Shown: positions 1 to 13,270, counted from the stretch's first letter. The stretch is DNA of 64,000 nt from Selaginella moellendorffii (GCF_000143415.4 NW_003314299.1:1672166-1736165), one strand, 5' to 3'. Made by a program: numbers and translations. Notes: generated by a model from the letters alone, not told the origin.

Positions 1-3000
1 AAATCAAGTGTCGGAGTAACACTTGTGAAAATAGTCCTTTTGAGTAGGACAGGAATGCAAGAAGTGTATTCCAGTGAGCTAGTGCCTCACAAGTAGGACC
101 TTACGGGTCTGTGGATTAACTAAGTCCAAAACTGCTGGATGACTCAAGTAGAGTCAACGGATGGTCCTAAAAGGACTGATGGAAGCATTTGGACTGAGGT
201 GTGTTGTACCCCACAAAGGATGGGGGGGGATCATAGGATCCAAGGATGAGAACAGAGGGTATCTCATCGATGGCAAAATGTGCCATGCTAAAGTTATGGG
301 AAAGGTGTTCCCAGAAGAAAACAACTTTGACATAAAGTTGTGTGTGACCTCTATGGTGCAGTGCTAACGGATGGTTGGCATGAGATAGAGCGGTGTTGGT
401 CTTGGCAAAGACTTAGACACAAAAGGGAAATGTCATAGAGGTAGGCTCGTGGAGCTGATGGTGTGGAGACACCAAATGTGCCAAGGTGTGATACCTTGAG
501 GCTATGTTGGTGGGTTCATGAGAACCCCTTGCCAAAGGAATCCCAATGGAAATGGGAATAGCATAGCCTAAGCTGCAGAGCATGCAATTGGAGTGTGGTG
601 ACCCAGAGAATGATGGAGGTGTGGAAGCACCAACAATGAGTTGTAGGATTTGACAACTACAAGACAACTAAGCAAGAGGTGCAAAATAACTGGTTAAACG
701 GGTAGAAGGTAGCTACCCAAGACTTCTTAATAGCATAGGGATGTTGGATATACCCTTACAGGGGATAAGTTGCTTGTGTTGCGATATAGTAAGTCAATGT
801 CATAAAAGGAAATACTCATTGTCAAGAAAGCCATCATTGGGACACCTGAACACTCTAGAACACCAGAAGGTGGTGTTTGATGTCGCGAGGGCAATGGATA
901 AAGCCCAAGGGACTAAGTCCCTAGCGAATGATGGATAGAAGGTGCTATCCAAATATCCAAGGTTGCGGAGACAGGAGAGGACTGTCTACCCGAGTTGGAC
1001 AAAGCCAAAAATGGAATTTTGGCAAGGCTAGTGATGGGCATGTAAAGGCCCATAAGCAACAATGTAATCCCAGTGTGTGGGATTATAAGGTGAGCATACC
1101 CGGATTGAGGAACCACTCCCTGGGCTATTGGGTAGGTTCATCCCTAAGAATACTTGCTAAGGCATGATAGAAAGTGCAAAGCTATCCTCCTGGTCTGGAG
1201 GAGAATAACCAAAGGAAACATATGGGGCCAAAAGGCAAGTAGTATTAGGATGGAACTGAACCATAGAAATCGAAGGGCATAACCAAGGTTGGTTATGCCA
1301 GCTGGGAGTGGAGAATCAAGTGGGGGCTCGAGGGTGTTGCCGCTAGCAACCGTGATGCCATGGAGAGTCTAAAATATGGAATTGTCCATGTTAGACTATG
1401 TGGCATTTGGAAGGCTTGCAAAAAGGGAGACCTTAGCAAGCTGAGGGACGGAGTTCCTTCAAGGTTCCCAAAGACGATTCTAGGTAGCTTAGTACCTAGA
1501 AAGGCCAAGTGTAAATGGTTCATGGAACGCGCGAAATCAGAGTGGCGCAGCAGAAGCGTGGTCTTGAAGCTTGCCATGAGACAAGGCTATCAAGGTTAGG
1601 GAAGTAGTTCCCGAGTGTTCAAAGAGAGGGCTTTGAACGAAAGTCAATGGTCAAGGACTTTCACGCTTATGCAGGAACCATTTTACAGTGGTCGGAGGAC
1701 TTGCCAAGCGAGATTGGCACGTCGGGGGAACAAATACCCTAATTGAAGGTGATAACTTCAAAAAGGGTGGGCCATGGGGCCGAGCATGGAGGAGTCCATG
1801 CATGATCACAGACATGTCAAGTGAGAGGACTTGGCAGTGTGGAGGAACTAAGTTCCTAAGCTGTGATCTGTAGCGCGCTTTAAAAATAAGTTGGTGCACC
1901 GGCGTGGGGAGTCACGCCAGGCATCTTGTGTGATGCCGTCCGTAGATGCATATACGGAGGTTGGGTTCGAGTCCCGACCCTCTAGTGCTTGGGTTCGAGT
2001 CCCAAATCACTAGGGCGTGGTGATGGTTTGGAATATGAGGACACTCATATTTCGGTGGTCATGGACTCTCAGTGGGGAGACTGGTTTGGGCACACCGCCA
2101 AGCGAGGGATGCCTCGGAGTCGTGATGCACGGTTAGATTGCTTAGTGTGAAAGCTCAGCATATCTAACTTGAACACTTTGGTGCAAGTGGCACCAAGGTC
2201 GTGGTGAGTGAGATGGGGACACCTAATCTCAGTTGCTATGAACCCTTGGCCGTAAGGGCTAGCTTGGGTGCACCGCCAAGTGTGGGGGATGCCCCCGGGG
2301 TTATAGTCAACAACTTGGAGGTCTAGAAGACCAAGTACCTCTTGGCAACTCTGTTAAGGTGCCAAGGTGAGATCACTAGGTGATCTTATGGCCAGATAAG
2401 GACAAGGTCCTTGGTTGGCTAAGGAATGAAGTTCCTGGTTCAAAATGTTGAGATTGAACTGTTTAAGGTGATGTGGCTTGGTCGTGATGACCAAGTGGGA
2501 AGAGCACCTAAGGGAAATAAACTATATCCGTGCGATGGCATAGTGAGTCCGAGGAAAGTAGTCTCTATAAAAGACCCATGGGGGGGTCACGAAGTTGGGC
2601 CGTGGATAGAGCCCATAGCAGAAGATGCTAAAGAGACGTACTAGGGGTGAACATCCTCCGGACTTGGCAAAGAAGAGTCTTTGCTATGGAACCGAAACAA
2701 TACCTCAAGGAGGGAGGTAGAGATTCAATGTTGCTTGGTGCAACAATCAATGGATAGGAGCAAAAGATGAGTGGCCAAGATAGGGCCGTGGAATCCCTTA
2801 GAAGGAATCCAAGTGACAAAGTTAGGCGAGGAACACTAATGTGTTGGACGCTAACAAGTTGCGGGAAAGGAAGTGTGTTTCCAAGGAGGGATTCCGAAAT
2901 GCTCCGATTTGGCGAAAGTGGAAGCTCCAAGGGAGGGAGCGGTAAGGTAGCCAAATGATAGAGCCATGAACAGCCCTAGCACAAAGTATGATAACTGGAA

Positions 3001-3467
3001 CTTTGGCACGAACTAGAAGAGAGGATGATGGTGCCCTCGAGTAGAGAACTCCCTAGGATGGGAAGTGGAGTTGCACAAAAGGTGCAAGGTAAGGTGTCGG
3101 AGACACCTAGGAAATTGACTCCAAGAAGTCAAAATTCAAAGTTCCAAAGTGCAAAGGTTATATCAATGGAAATTGAGACTACTCGAGAAGGAGTAGTGGG
3201 ATTGACTTAGAGAAGGGTCTCTAAGAGGTTTAGCGAGAACTAAACCAATAAAAGGAGAGAACCATTACATGTGGTCCAATCAGTCTCTAAGTTGTAGAGA
3301 CTATGCTCCTTAAAGGATGGACAAGGCATGGTGAGCCTTTGGTGTCAAACCATAGACAAAGATTGGTTAGGTGCCAAGGATGGAAATGGTAACACGTGTG
3401 GGTGTTATTTTATGAAAGGGTTTACCGTTCGATGAGGACATCGAACTTCGTCTATGGGTGGTGGAGT

Positions 3468-3978
3468 TGTGAGACACAAAATCCCTAGGCCCCAAAGTGG
3501 AGCCAGAAGGGCGCCACATGGTAGTGGCCGAAGCGAGAGCCAAACGAGCGTAACACGTTTGGACCAAAAGCTTCGACTTGAAAAGTCAAGAGCGGGAGTG
3601 GAACTCCCAACGAAGTGCTCGAGGAACGAGCACGAAGCGAGCAAAAGGCGAGGCTCCAAAAAGGGACCCAAAAGGACCAACAAATGACACGTGGGAGTGT
3701 CCGAGATGGACTCGAGTTGGAGTCCGAAGTGGAGTCCGAGATGGACCCAAGTTGGAGTCCGAAGTGGAGTCCGAGATGGACCCGAGATGGAGTCCGAAGT
3801 GGAGTCCGAGGTGGACCCGAGATGGACCCGAGTTGGAGTCCGAAGTAGAGTCCGAGATGGACCCGAGATGGAGTCCGAGATGGAGTCCGAGATGGAGTCC
3901 GAGGTGGACCCGAGATGGACCCGAAATGGAGTCCGAGATGGAGTCCGAAGTCGAGACCGAGACCAGGACCGAGACCGG

Positions 3979-4010
<32 letters not shown>

Positions 4011-5118
4011 TCGGGACCGAGACCGAGACCGAGGCCAAGGCCGAGACCGAGCCCGAGACCGAGTCCGAGTCCGAATCTGAGTCCGAGTCCGAGTCCGAGT
4101 CCGAGTCCGAGTCCGGAGCCTAAGAGGGTGAAAGCCCAAAGCGTTCGTCTCCCAGACCCTGGGGGGTTTGGTGAGCTCCAAAAGTATAGTAGGGGGAGGA
4201 CTGCAGTGGAGCCAGTTTGGCCAGGAAAGGCCAGTTTGGCCCAGGAAGGCCGGACCCAGTGTTGGGTGATGAGCTGCCCACTGGGAAGTCCAAGACTAGA
4301 GTGAACACGGACCGACAAGCGGGGTAGCTTGGTGAAGTGTTCAAGAGCCGGCTCTAGTTCCCCCGGGAGATCGACTGGCCGATGCTCCCAGTCCAAGTGT
4401 GGGTGGCACTACCTACTTGGATACCTGGTGTGGCTCAACGGAACCCGCTCTAAGCCCATGGCTAGAGCACCCAAGGGCAGAAGGCGAGGAGAGTACCTAG
4501 GTGGCTCGCGTAAGGCCACGGTGTTCCGAAATGTTGTCCCAAAGGCCCAGACTGTGGAAAGGAAGAGGAGTAGTCCTCTGGGGTAGTGACCAAGGACACA
4601 GTCACACAGTGAGGAAGGCCTAGAGGATAGTGGGACTTAGTGGTCGGGCCGGTGGGCCTCGATCCAGTGGCAGTGTTGGCGAACACAGCCAAGGACAGAA
4701 AGGGACTTGGTGGGGACCGGAACAGAGATATTGGGGAAGGCTATTCCCCATGTCTGTAGGCATCCTAAGGATGTTAAGGAGTGGATCTGGGATGATCACT
4801 CATGGATGGATGACCCAGTCTTTGAGAGACGGGATTGGAATGTAGGTGGTGTTGGACCATCAGTGGGACCGAGGTAAATGGGCATGGCCTTAGCGTAACG
4901 GGCCAATATGTCGGTGGTACCTTGGGGTGTCGATCATGGGATCGGACACGTGGAGCACTTGGACCAAGTGCTAAGGTTGAGTGGCATGGATGCCATTCTC
5001 GGGGCTAGCAAGCCCCAAGTCCTGAGTTGGGCTTATGGAGGTTGTGAATGAGACTCCTCCAAGTGGTCGGAGGTGTGGTTAAGTGACTAAAGTAGAATGG
5101 AAAAATTAGTCGCTTACA
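3468..5118 (+). repeat. Family A 3' LTR (TGTGAGAC...GTCGCTTACA) with internal minisatellite
   Basis: TG...CA ends with short inverted termini. The same ends recur at 18765-20664 and 24709-26061. Confidence 0.9.
3695..4115. repeat. Tandem 12-mer (GAGATGGAGTCC/GAGATGGACCC) and 6-mer (GAGACC/GAGTCC) array inside the LTR
   Basis: Directly visible. It produces the low-complexity ORFs in all frames. Confidence 0.95.
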
Positions 5119-5349
5119 ATAGGCTAGCAGGGGCCAAAGATGGCATGAGGCCTCATGCCATCTTGATATATACACAGCTGTAGGCAAGTAAAAACATACA
5201 TGACAATACGCTAGCCATGAAATTGCAAGGGCCCAAGATGGCATGTGGCCTCATGCCATTTCTAAATGTGGTCCTAAGCCATTCCATGGTGAACATACCA
5301 GGAAGCACAAGTGCCGAATATCAAGAGGAAGCGGTAACCACACCAAAGA

Positions 5350-5485
5350 CAGTGCCGCTCGCAACACCGCAACTACTCGTAGTGCCGCTCGCAACACCGC
5401 AACTGCTTGTAGCGCCGCTCGCACAAACTGCCACTCGCATAAACTGCCGCTCGCAATGGCGCTCGCAATGCCGCAACCGCTCGTA
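5350..5485. repeat. Short tandem repeat (~30-bp unit containing GCCGCTCGCAACACCGCAACT)
   Basis: Directly visible repeated units. Confidence 0.8.
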
Positions 5486-6282
5486 GACGCATAAACCACA
5501 GCCCACAACGCCGCTTACACAAGCAGCGCTCACTGCGCTCAGCGGAACCAAGAACACGGCGCACAAAAATGATAGACCTAGGGATGAGTTCGAGAATTCA
5601 AAAATAACACACACTTGAACGTCACATCAAATCCTCTGACAAACCAGATCTTATGATTCCTCTGACAAATTTCAAACTGAGTAGCTTCTAGACTTTGCTG
5701 TCCGAGGTTGAACTTTGTCACATCATGTCCTTGCCTCGATCCAGCTGTGCCATGTCAGTGATTCGAACTTTGCCATGCCATGCCAGCGATCCGCGCCAAG
5801 ATTATTCGCCGTGTAAAGGAATAATTATGCTGTGTGTGTACGTCCATTTATGGCAATATAAGGCCACACGCCATTCAAAGAATAATGCTAGTCGAGCATT
5901 TTTTGGTGCATTTTTGGTTTCAAAATTGCATGAGCCCACACGCTATAAAGTTTACCTGTACCAAAAATAGAAACAGCTTTATTTACTTGGGAATTTAAGT
6001 GGTTGAGGCATTTTTAAACTTACAAACACATGCCCTACTTACATTCCTTTGGTTGCTTAAAATTCAAAAATATTATAAACCTTTCTTTTTGCATTTTCAA
6101 TGTTTTCAATTATGGTTTTTGATTTTCGCAGGACCAGCCTAGTAATCTATTTGCATCCCGTCATGTTTATAGCTAGCTTTCGTTTGTCCCCTTCGCTAGC
6201 CTGAGATACATCTGCTCGGCATCTGCCTCTTACAGCATTTGCCCAGAAAGGGCATCTTTCTTCACGCAGCATTTGCCACATG

Positions 6283-6315
6283 TTTAGGGTTTAGGGTTTA
6301 GGGTTTAGGGTTTAG
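6283..6315 (+). repeat. Interstitial plant telomeric repeat (TTTAGGG)x4 plus partial
   Basis: TTTAGGGTTTAGGGTTTAGGGTTTAGGGTTTAG. Confidence 0.95.
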
Positions 6316-7890
6316 CAATTCAGTAGCTTGATAAACATGCAAATACAGAACTTGATGCAAAATCCTTGGATATGTCACAATGCCCCTAGGACCATAAACA
6401 CATTTCAATAGAGAGGGTCCTTTCATTTCATAACTCCTTATGTAGATCTTGGTGAAACCAGAGTTAGTGAAGTTAGTTTCTTGTGATCCTGCATCTGATT
6501 GTGATGTCCCTGCAGTGTCGATGGAAAGGTCAATGCACACCAAACTGTAAAATCTTGGAGCAAAATAACGGTCGGATCTATGGCAAATGCCCCTGAAACA
6601 TTGTAAGGCTCGTGTGGTCTCATGTGGTGTCCGATCGAGATGCTTCTTTGCAGGGTCATCAAGAAAGACATTGTATACCATTCTGTAAAATCTAGTTGCA
6701 ATCTAACGGTTGGATCTCCAGAAAACTCAAAAAAATCTCGCGCATGTCAGAATATCCTAGGAATATACTCCTATGTGCCCCTGAAAATGGCATGCGGCCC
6801 CACGCCATTCAAGAGATAACGGCAGATGACGCTGAGAATTTTTTGGTGCATTTTTTGGGTTCAAAATTGCATGAGCCCACACGCTATAAAGTTTATCTTT
6901 GCCAAATAGAGAAAAGTTTATCTGTGTCATGTGAGGTAGTTACAGTCCTTTGTGCTCGGCATCTGCCTCTTGCAGCATTTGCACTGAAAAGGAATTTTTC
7001 TCCATTCAGCATTTGGCCCTAAAAATGGCATGTGCCCACACGCCATTCAAGGAATAACGCCACAGGACGCCTGGATTTTTGGGTTTAAAATGTTTAGGGT
7101 TTTTTGGGTTTTTTCAAAATATTTTGGGTCCAACGTTTTTTGGGTTTCTTTGGTTCAAAATTGCATGAGCCCACACGCTATAATATTGATTTGAGAGAAA
7201 AATAGAAACAGATAGAATTTCTTTATTTAGCTGAACATCTGCCATTTTTGGAAATACAAGATGCTTTGGAATATCCAATCATGCATGGTATAAATATAGC
7301 GAGGGTATTAAATGATATCCCAATCATGATCTTTCTTTTGGATTTCGCGTGCATGCAGTCCGAGGAATGATGACGTTGCGGATTTCTTTTGGATTTTGCG
7401 TGCTTGCATGCGCGCGGCAATCTAGAAATTAATGGTGGCGCCCAAGTCCGAGGAATGATGACGTGGCAGGATTACCAACCGTTGTGACATTTCGCGCGTG
7501 TGAGGTTAGGTTTTGCATTTTGCTTCATACTCGCGCTCACATCACACTCGCGCTCCCGCTCACATCGCGCTCCCACTCGCGATCATGCTCACTTCTTTAC
7601 AGGTTTCTCGTGTGCATCGGCATCCACTCGCGCTTGCATCACACTCGCGCTCGCATCGCGCTCGTGTGCATCGGCGTCCACTTCAAGACACACCCAGTTT
7701 GTAACTTCGCCGCCAACTCCGCCGCCCACTCCGCCACCCACACGCAGCCCACTTGGCGTCCCGGGAGATTTCAGCGCCACTCTCCAATTGTAAGTGGCAG
7801 AGTAGCCTTGCTGCTACGATCCGCTGCACACATAGTGCACATTCGCCAGCGAGTCCAGCCTCGATTGTCACGGCCTCCATTCGGCTTCAA

Positions 7891-10800
7891 ATGGTAAGTC
7901 TTTTAGGCCAAGTAGAAAATGGCATGAGGCCACATGCCATTCAGTAGCAACATTGGCATGCACCGATTGGGCTCTCGAGTGCAGTCTGGTTACAGATGGC
8001 GTGTAGCCTCACGCCATCTTAGGATGCAGCCTCAAGATATGTGATGCAGTGGTGAATGGCGTGTGGCCTCACGTTATTTCCAGCTGCTAGCTTTTCATCT
8101 GTCAGCTCTAATTGTTGTGCATTTCTGAACAGGCGAGGAATTGCGTTCTTCTTCCAGCCACTGTCAATGTGGATGCAGAGAAGGGGGAGGAGCTCACCAG
8201 TTGGACTTTCGGGATGGAAGGCGAGGATCTGAGGCTGTACAACACAGATGGTGGGAGAAAAGAATGCATGGGGATCCTCATCCAAGTGACAGACACTCCA
8301 TGCAGTTCCATGCAAGAATATGGACTGGCACTTGTGGTAGAGACAGCGTCCGCCTTCAAGATCCACCTTGCACATCCTAGCGGCTTCCTGGAGGGGGGCA
8401 GCGGCTATGAGGAATTCCTAGAGGGAGCTAGGGAGAGCTTGTCCAGGAGGCCCACAATTTCAAAGACGCTGCGGGTCTATGAAGATCACATGGAATCCAC
8501 GGACCTCACCTACGGCGATGTTCAAAAACTATATTCCAACATTGAGCCGTTGAGAGTGCCTCCAGTTCACGAAGCGAAGGGGAAGGGGGTCGATCTGGAA
8601 ACTACCCCGAAGCAGAAAAGGGTGGTCAAGCTCAAGCCGACGTCCGACTCTCTTGCTCCAAAAAAGAAGCTACTCGGTGATGCCATTGCCTCGGGTTCGA
8701 ACACTACACCCACCAAAAAGAAGAGCCGCAAAGAGCAGAAAGAGCAAGAAGAGGCAGCAAAAATCGTCGCAGATAATAGTACTTGTTACTATTCCAACAA
8801 AGTATATACAATCGACGTGAGCCGTATCGACATCCAAAGCAAATACAACCACAGGCTAGTATCTGATGAGTGGGTGGAGAAACTGAAGCAGAAGATGCTG
8901 GCAAGTCCAGTAACACCCGACATCGCAGACATGATCCCCTACTACCGAACAATGAAGGGCGAGACGAGGTTTCCAGACTTGATCAATAGGAAGGTGTTGG
9001 ACGATCAGAACATCCAGTTCTATGCCGTCTCCGGGCAGCATTCTAGCTTGGCGATGCAAGAGGTAGTTCTGGATATTATGGTGGGCGAGGAGGTGAAGAA
9101 AGTCTTCAAGACAAGAGTTGTCCGCCTGATAAAAGGCAACTCGCCCCTCCGATCTATCATATCCATCTCCCACGCGCAGAATGTCAAGCAAGAAACGTGC
9201 TACAAATTGGGTCTGCACGAGACATTGGCACGAACACAGAAGCTCTGGGTTCAACTGAAGAAGCCACAAAAACCAGGACAAGGACGTGCACTAGCAACTA
9301 GCGCCTGGCAGGTAAGCCTCGTTGCATGTGGCATAGCATGTGGCCTCACGCCATTTCCATTGCAGGAATTCTCGAGTCTTCTCTCGAAAACACTGGGGGT
9401 CAATGACACACTCAGCATCCATAACATTCTACTCGCGACAAAAGCTGTTTTTGACAAATGGGTAGATGTGCTGAGGAGGTACCATGACAGGGAGTTGCTA
9501 AACTCAATGGGTGTGGAGGACGGTCGGAAGCCCAATGATTTGAAGCTCAACGCCTTGCGTTTCTCGCGGTCTCTAGACGATGACGACCTTCTGACAGTGG
9601 CTAATGCTCTTCTACGTGGTGAGGTAGTCTTCAACAAGACCAAAATGACTCCCGGCCATATTGTGACATACGAGGACTTGTGCACGACTCTAAGAGCTCG
9701 TGCGCTATTGAAGGATTGGATCTTCGAGCAAGTGGCCGTGGAGAGGGTGAGCATCGATACCACGCAAGAGATGATGGAAGAGCTGGAGTTGTCAAATGAA
9801 GACATCGACGACTACGTGAAGGGGGCCCCCAAGTTCATCGATCTACTGCGGGATGCCACGAAAAGTAAAGCTGAGAAGTTGGATCAGTATCCAAATTTCA
9901 TTAAGAGGGATGTCGACCGCCGGCTTCAGAAACAGCTCGACCCCGCAGCAGAGGCCTATCGAGAACCTTACCGGGTATACGTGAATTTGGATGAGGATCA
10001 AAGGTGGAGGAGCATCGTTTCCCGCGGAGATGAGTAGGTCAAGAACATCTTTTGTGTGATGGACTTCACAAACGAGGAGATCACTCATGCAGACGAAGTC
10101 AGCTCCATCATTGACTTAATGGTGGGATTTGCGGAGGTGGAATCTTCAGCCCACTATATGATCTACGACTCCGAATCCTATCACAAGTTCTGGAAGGCCT
10201 TGAACAAGGTGAAGGCTCGGTTGAAAGGCAAGGAGATGCAGGAGATCCATGGGATAATGGCTAAGAAGAAGATACCGACGAATGTCCGCATCTTCACACT
10301 CGCCCTTGTTATTGGTCCTGCAGCAGAGTGGGACTGGAGTGACTTCCCAGCTTCGTTTGACAAGGCCGATCGAATTGATCTGAGGGAGGTCAATTTACCC
10401 GTGCCTGAGGAACTGAAGACGGCTATGGAGCTTTCAAATCCAGAGAAAGCTCCAGGTGCAGCATGGGAAATGCTCAGCTGGGTCTTCAACGCAATAGCAC
10501 CTGCTTCCGACTCCAAGGGCAAATGCGTTGTCGAGTACAACTGCGGCGGACTATTCTTTCGAGCCGCACTACTCAAGGGTGTCCCGTGTGTTGCGGTGAC
10601 AAACTCCATTGAAGAGGTGACTTTAATGAAGCATATAATTACAGTTGCCAAAGAAAAATAGTATCTTCTCTGCGAACCTGGTGAGTACGCACTTTAAGTT
10701 TAAATGTTATCTCACAAGCTCTGTATGCAGGAGCGTGGCCACCCCCAGATGCTGAAACGGCGTTAACAGCTACTGTTGAAGATACCCATGTTAGGCCGAG

Positions 10801-12574
10801 CTCACAACCTGCACAAGGTAAGGTCACGTGAGGCCTCACGCCATTTTGATTATAGATCGTTGTGAATATTCAGACACGAGGACTGAAAAGCGCACTGGTG
10901 GCGCGTCGAAGAAGGACAAACAGACAAGTAATAGGAAAAAAGGAGGTACAAATTATATTTGCAATGGCGTGTGGTCTCATGCCATTCCTTGCAGGAGACA
11001 CTTCTTCAAAGGCAAAACAGGCAAGCATCAGCCAAGCTCAAACTGACAGTGGTCATAAAAAACAAAAGCACGTTGGACAGTCGTCGGGATCAGAGGCGTT
11101 TGATTCGAAAAGGAAGAAGGGCAACGAAAAGATGATAGGTAATGCCTCGCAGTCACCACCTCCTGACTCAGATTCCTATGGTAGACTCCCCTTCCCCAAT
11201 CTCAATGGAGAGGTACAATGGATGAGGGATGCTTTTCAAGTCAGGGCCACGTTTTTCTCATCTCGTCGTGTTCGAAGGGTGCAAGAACATGCAGAAACCA
11301 TGTTAAGACAGTCGGGTGAGGATACGGTCCTAGGTCACGCACTAAAACAGGCTATGGATGTCTTGTATTTTGAGATGGAGACTCGGCCAGATGATTTTCC
11401 CAAGATGGTCTTGGAAGAACAAGCCATCCAGCCTGAGCAGCCTATGGAAGAAATGCAGGAGGGGGATGAGGAGCCAGAGAAAGATAATGAGTAGGAAGAG
11501 CAGAAGGACAAAGAGGAGGACAAAGAAGAGGAGGACGAAGAAGAGGAGGACGAAGAGGACTTGGATGGTCCTCACAATGGTGACGATCACAATAACGACG
11601 ATGACGATGATGACGACGATGGCCAGCCTGAGGTGGCCAAAGAGCAGCGGAGGAAGGTCATACAAGACAAACCATCAGGTAAATAATAGTACATCCATTC
11701 CTAACCTTTTACCATTTCTAACATTGTCCATGTAGGTTGCAAAGCAAATGGTAAGTAGAAATTATTCAGTTGAATTAAGATACAAACTCTAGCCTTTAGT
11801 GTCGAGGAAGGATAGTGCCAAGCAAGGGTCGAAATGTATGTCCAATCCTTCAGAATCAGCAGTGCGCCCAAGTGATATCGGTCCTAGTTCCTCAATAGCA
11901 GTTGATGGTAAATACAGTATAGTCGATTCAATGTGCTAATGAGTTTGTTTTTAGTAGCCAGTAGGGAGGATACCATCTCAATCGAAGGGAGATATTTGGA
12001 CATGCATATGGATCCGCCAATGGACTCTACTTGCCTGCAAGAGTCATCAGAGCTGGTGGAGGCTACTATCCATATCAACGCCAAGCAAGTTGACCACGCT
12101 CCACTTGATGCTGCCCATACCACTGAGTCAATCTTGTCCACGTATCCAACTGACGGTGACCAGGCGCCATTGGACCCGCATGAGGCTGCCCCAGCCGCCG
12201 AGCCGGTTGTATCCTCATTTCCAACGGACTCAACGTGTGCCCAATCGTCTGACTACGCGCCGTTGGAACCTCCCTACACCGCCTCTGCTGCCTGTTCGGT
12301 CATGTCCACTTTGCCAACGGAGGCACCAGCTGAAATGGCGTGTGATCACACGCCATCGGAACCACCCCATGCCACTGTTGAGCCAGTTGTACCAGCGTCT
12401 ACAACTGAAATGGCATGTGCCCACACGCCATCGGATGCGATTGACCCCACATTGCAGAGGAGAGTATTTCCACCCTTCACGTTTCCTCGACCAAAACCCT
12501 CTCAACGACCATCGGGAGCACCATTCGCTAATATTGTAGATGGTAAAATTGACTTGTACCATTTTTTATGCTGA
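7891..12574 (+). pseudogene. Spliced gene 1: ParB/Sulfiredoxin-like domain, degenerate beta-class DNA amino-methyltransferase-like fold, acidic tail
   Basis: ATG|GTAAGT at 7891; intron 7894-8132 splices in frame into the 641-aa ORF. In-frame 54-nt intron at 9312-9365. ParB-like motif FYAVSGQHSSLAM near 9018. In-frame TAG at 10035 reads through to IFCVMDF...MLSWVFNAIAP...CVVEYNCGGLFFRAALLKGVPCVAV. Further TAGs at 10659 and 11492. Short introns start at 10681, 10818 and 10946. Confidence 0.6.
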
Positions 12575-13270
12575 CGCATTTCATTTTAGAGTCACGGCGA
12601 AGGTACTGTATCGTTTTTGATCTGAACGATGTTCTTTTCTCCCATGAGCGTGGCTCGTCCTCGAATGTCACTGCACCCTCCAAAGCCTGCGGTCGCAAGT
12701 TGGTCAAAAGAGACAGATTCACATTAATCACACGGGAGAAACTGCGGGATCTAATAATGACCATGCGACACTTAAAACAGGGGGTCGGGTTCAATTTGCA
12801 ATTGGGAGTTTGGACATCCATGATGCGCCACAATGCATTAACGTTGCTACAGATGATGCACGATCAGACGCGAGTAATATTACCATTTGACTTTCTCCTA
12901 ACGCAGGAGGATTGCTTGACTATGGTCCATGTGAGGGGTAGCAAGCCCATCTTCGTCAAGCCAGAGGCTGTAGTGATGAACCGGACTGCTAGGTCAAGTG
13001 AAATCCTCATCATCGATGACTCGCCGATTAAAACTGCAGCGAACACGGAACGGTATATCAGAAGCCATTTGATTGGACAGACACCAGTCATCATTTATGG
13101 CATGTATATTGTCTAGCCAAGCACTATCCGCATCTCCATAATCTGCTCAACCGGATGGGTTCTTCGACCACTGAACATGAGCGTGGACATATTAGAGAAG
13201 AGATGGCATTACTATTGGGTTTAAATCCTGATAGTGTGGAGAGTGATGAAATTCCAAGATTATTGTAAAG
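12568..13270 (+). pseudogene. FCP1/NIF-type HAD phosphatase domain (possibly the last exon(s) of gene 1)
   Basis: Motifs CIVFDLNDVL, LGVWTSMMRHNA, LLTQEDC, IFVKP and ILIIDDSPIKTAAN match the NIF/FCP1 pattern. Candidate acceptor TTTTAG at ~12589. Confidence 0.7.

Larger units (their letters stand above)
1..5118 (+). mobile_element. LTR retrotransposon family A, copy 1 (5' part outside window): degenerate Gypsy-like internal region plus 3' LTR
   Basis: Internal region is highly similar to 15275-18764 and 21620-24708 and has no long ORF. A purine-rich PPT-like tract (GGGTGGTGGAGT) lies just before an LTR starting TGTGAG at 3468. Confidence 0.85.

Noticed and set aside
3695-4115. Repeat arrays as a CRISPR candidate
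   Set aside because: No unique spacers or cas genes, and the context is eukaryotic LTR sequence.
3405-4396. Long RS/GL/SD/PR-rich ORFs in several frames (also near 18.8-19.9, 24.5-25.7, 44.6-45.3 and 62.2-62.6 kb)
   Set aside because: Artefacts of the stop-free LTR minisatellite.
6283-6315. Chromosome end or telomere healing site
   Set aside because: Only ~4.7 units within continuous element sequence. Telo-box-like runs also occur elsewhere in the window.
10035-11494. Programmed TAG readthrough or RNA editing in gene 1
   Set aside because: In-frame TAGs are more simply explained by CAG>TAG deamination at methylated CHG sites, and similar stops also interrupt the hAT transposase.
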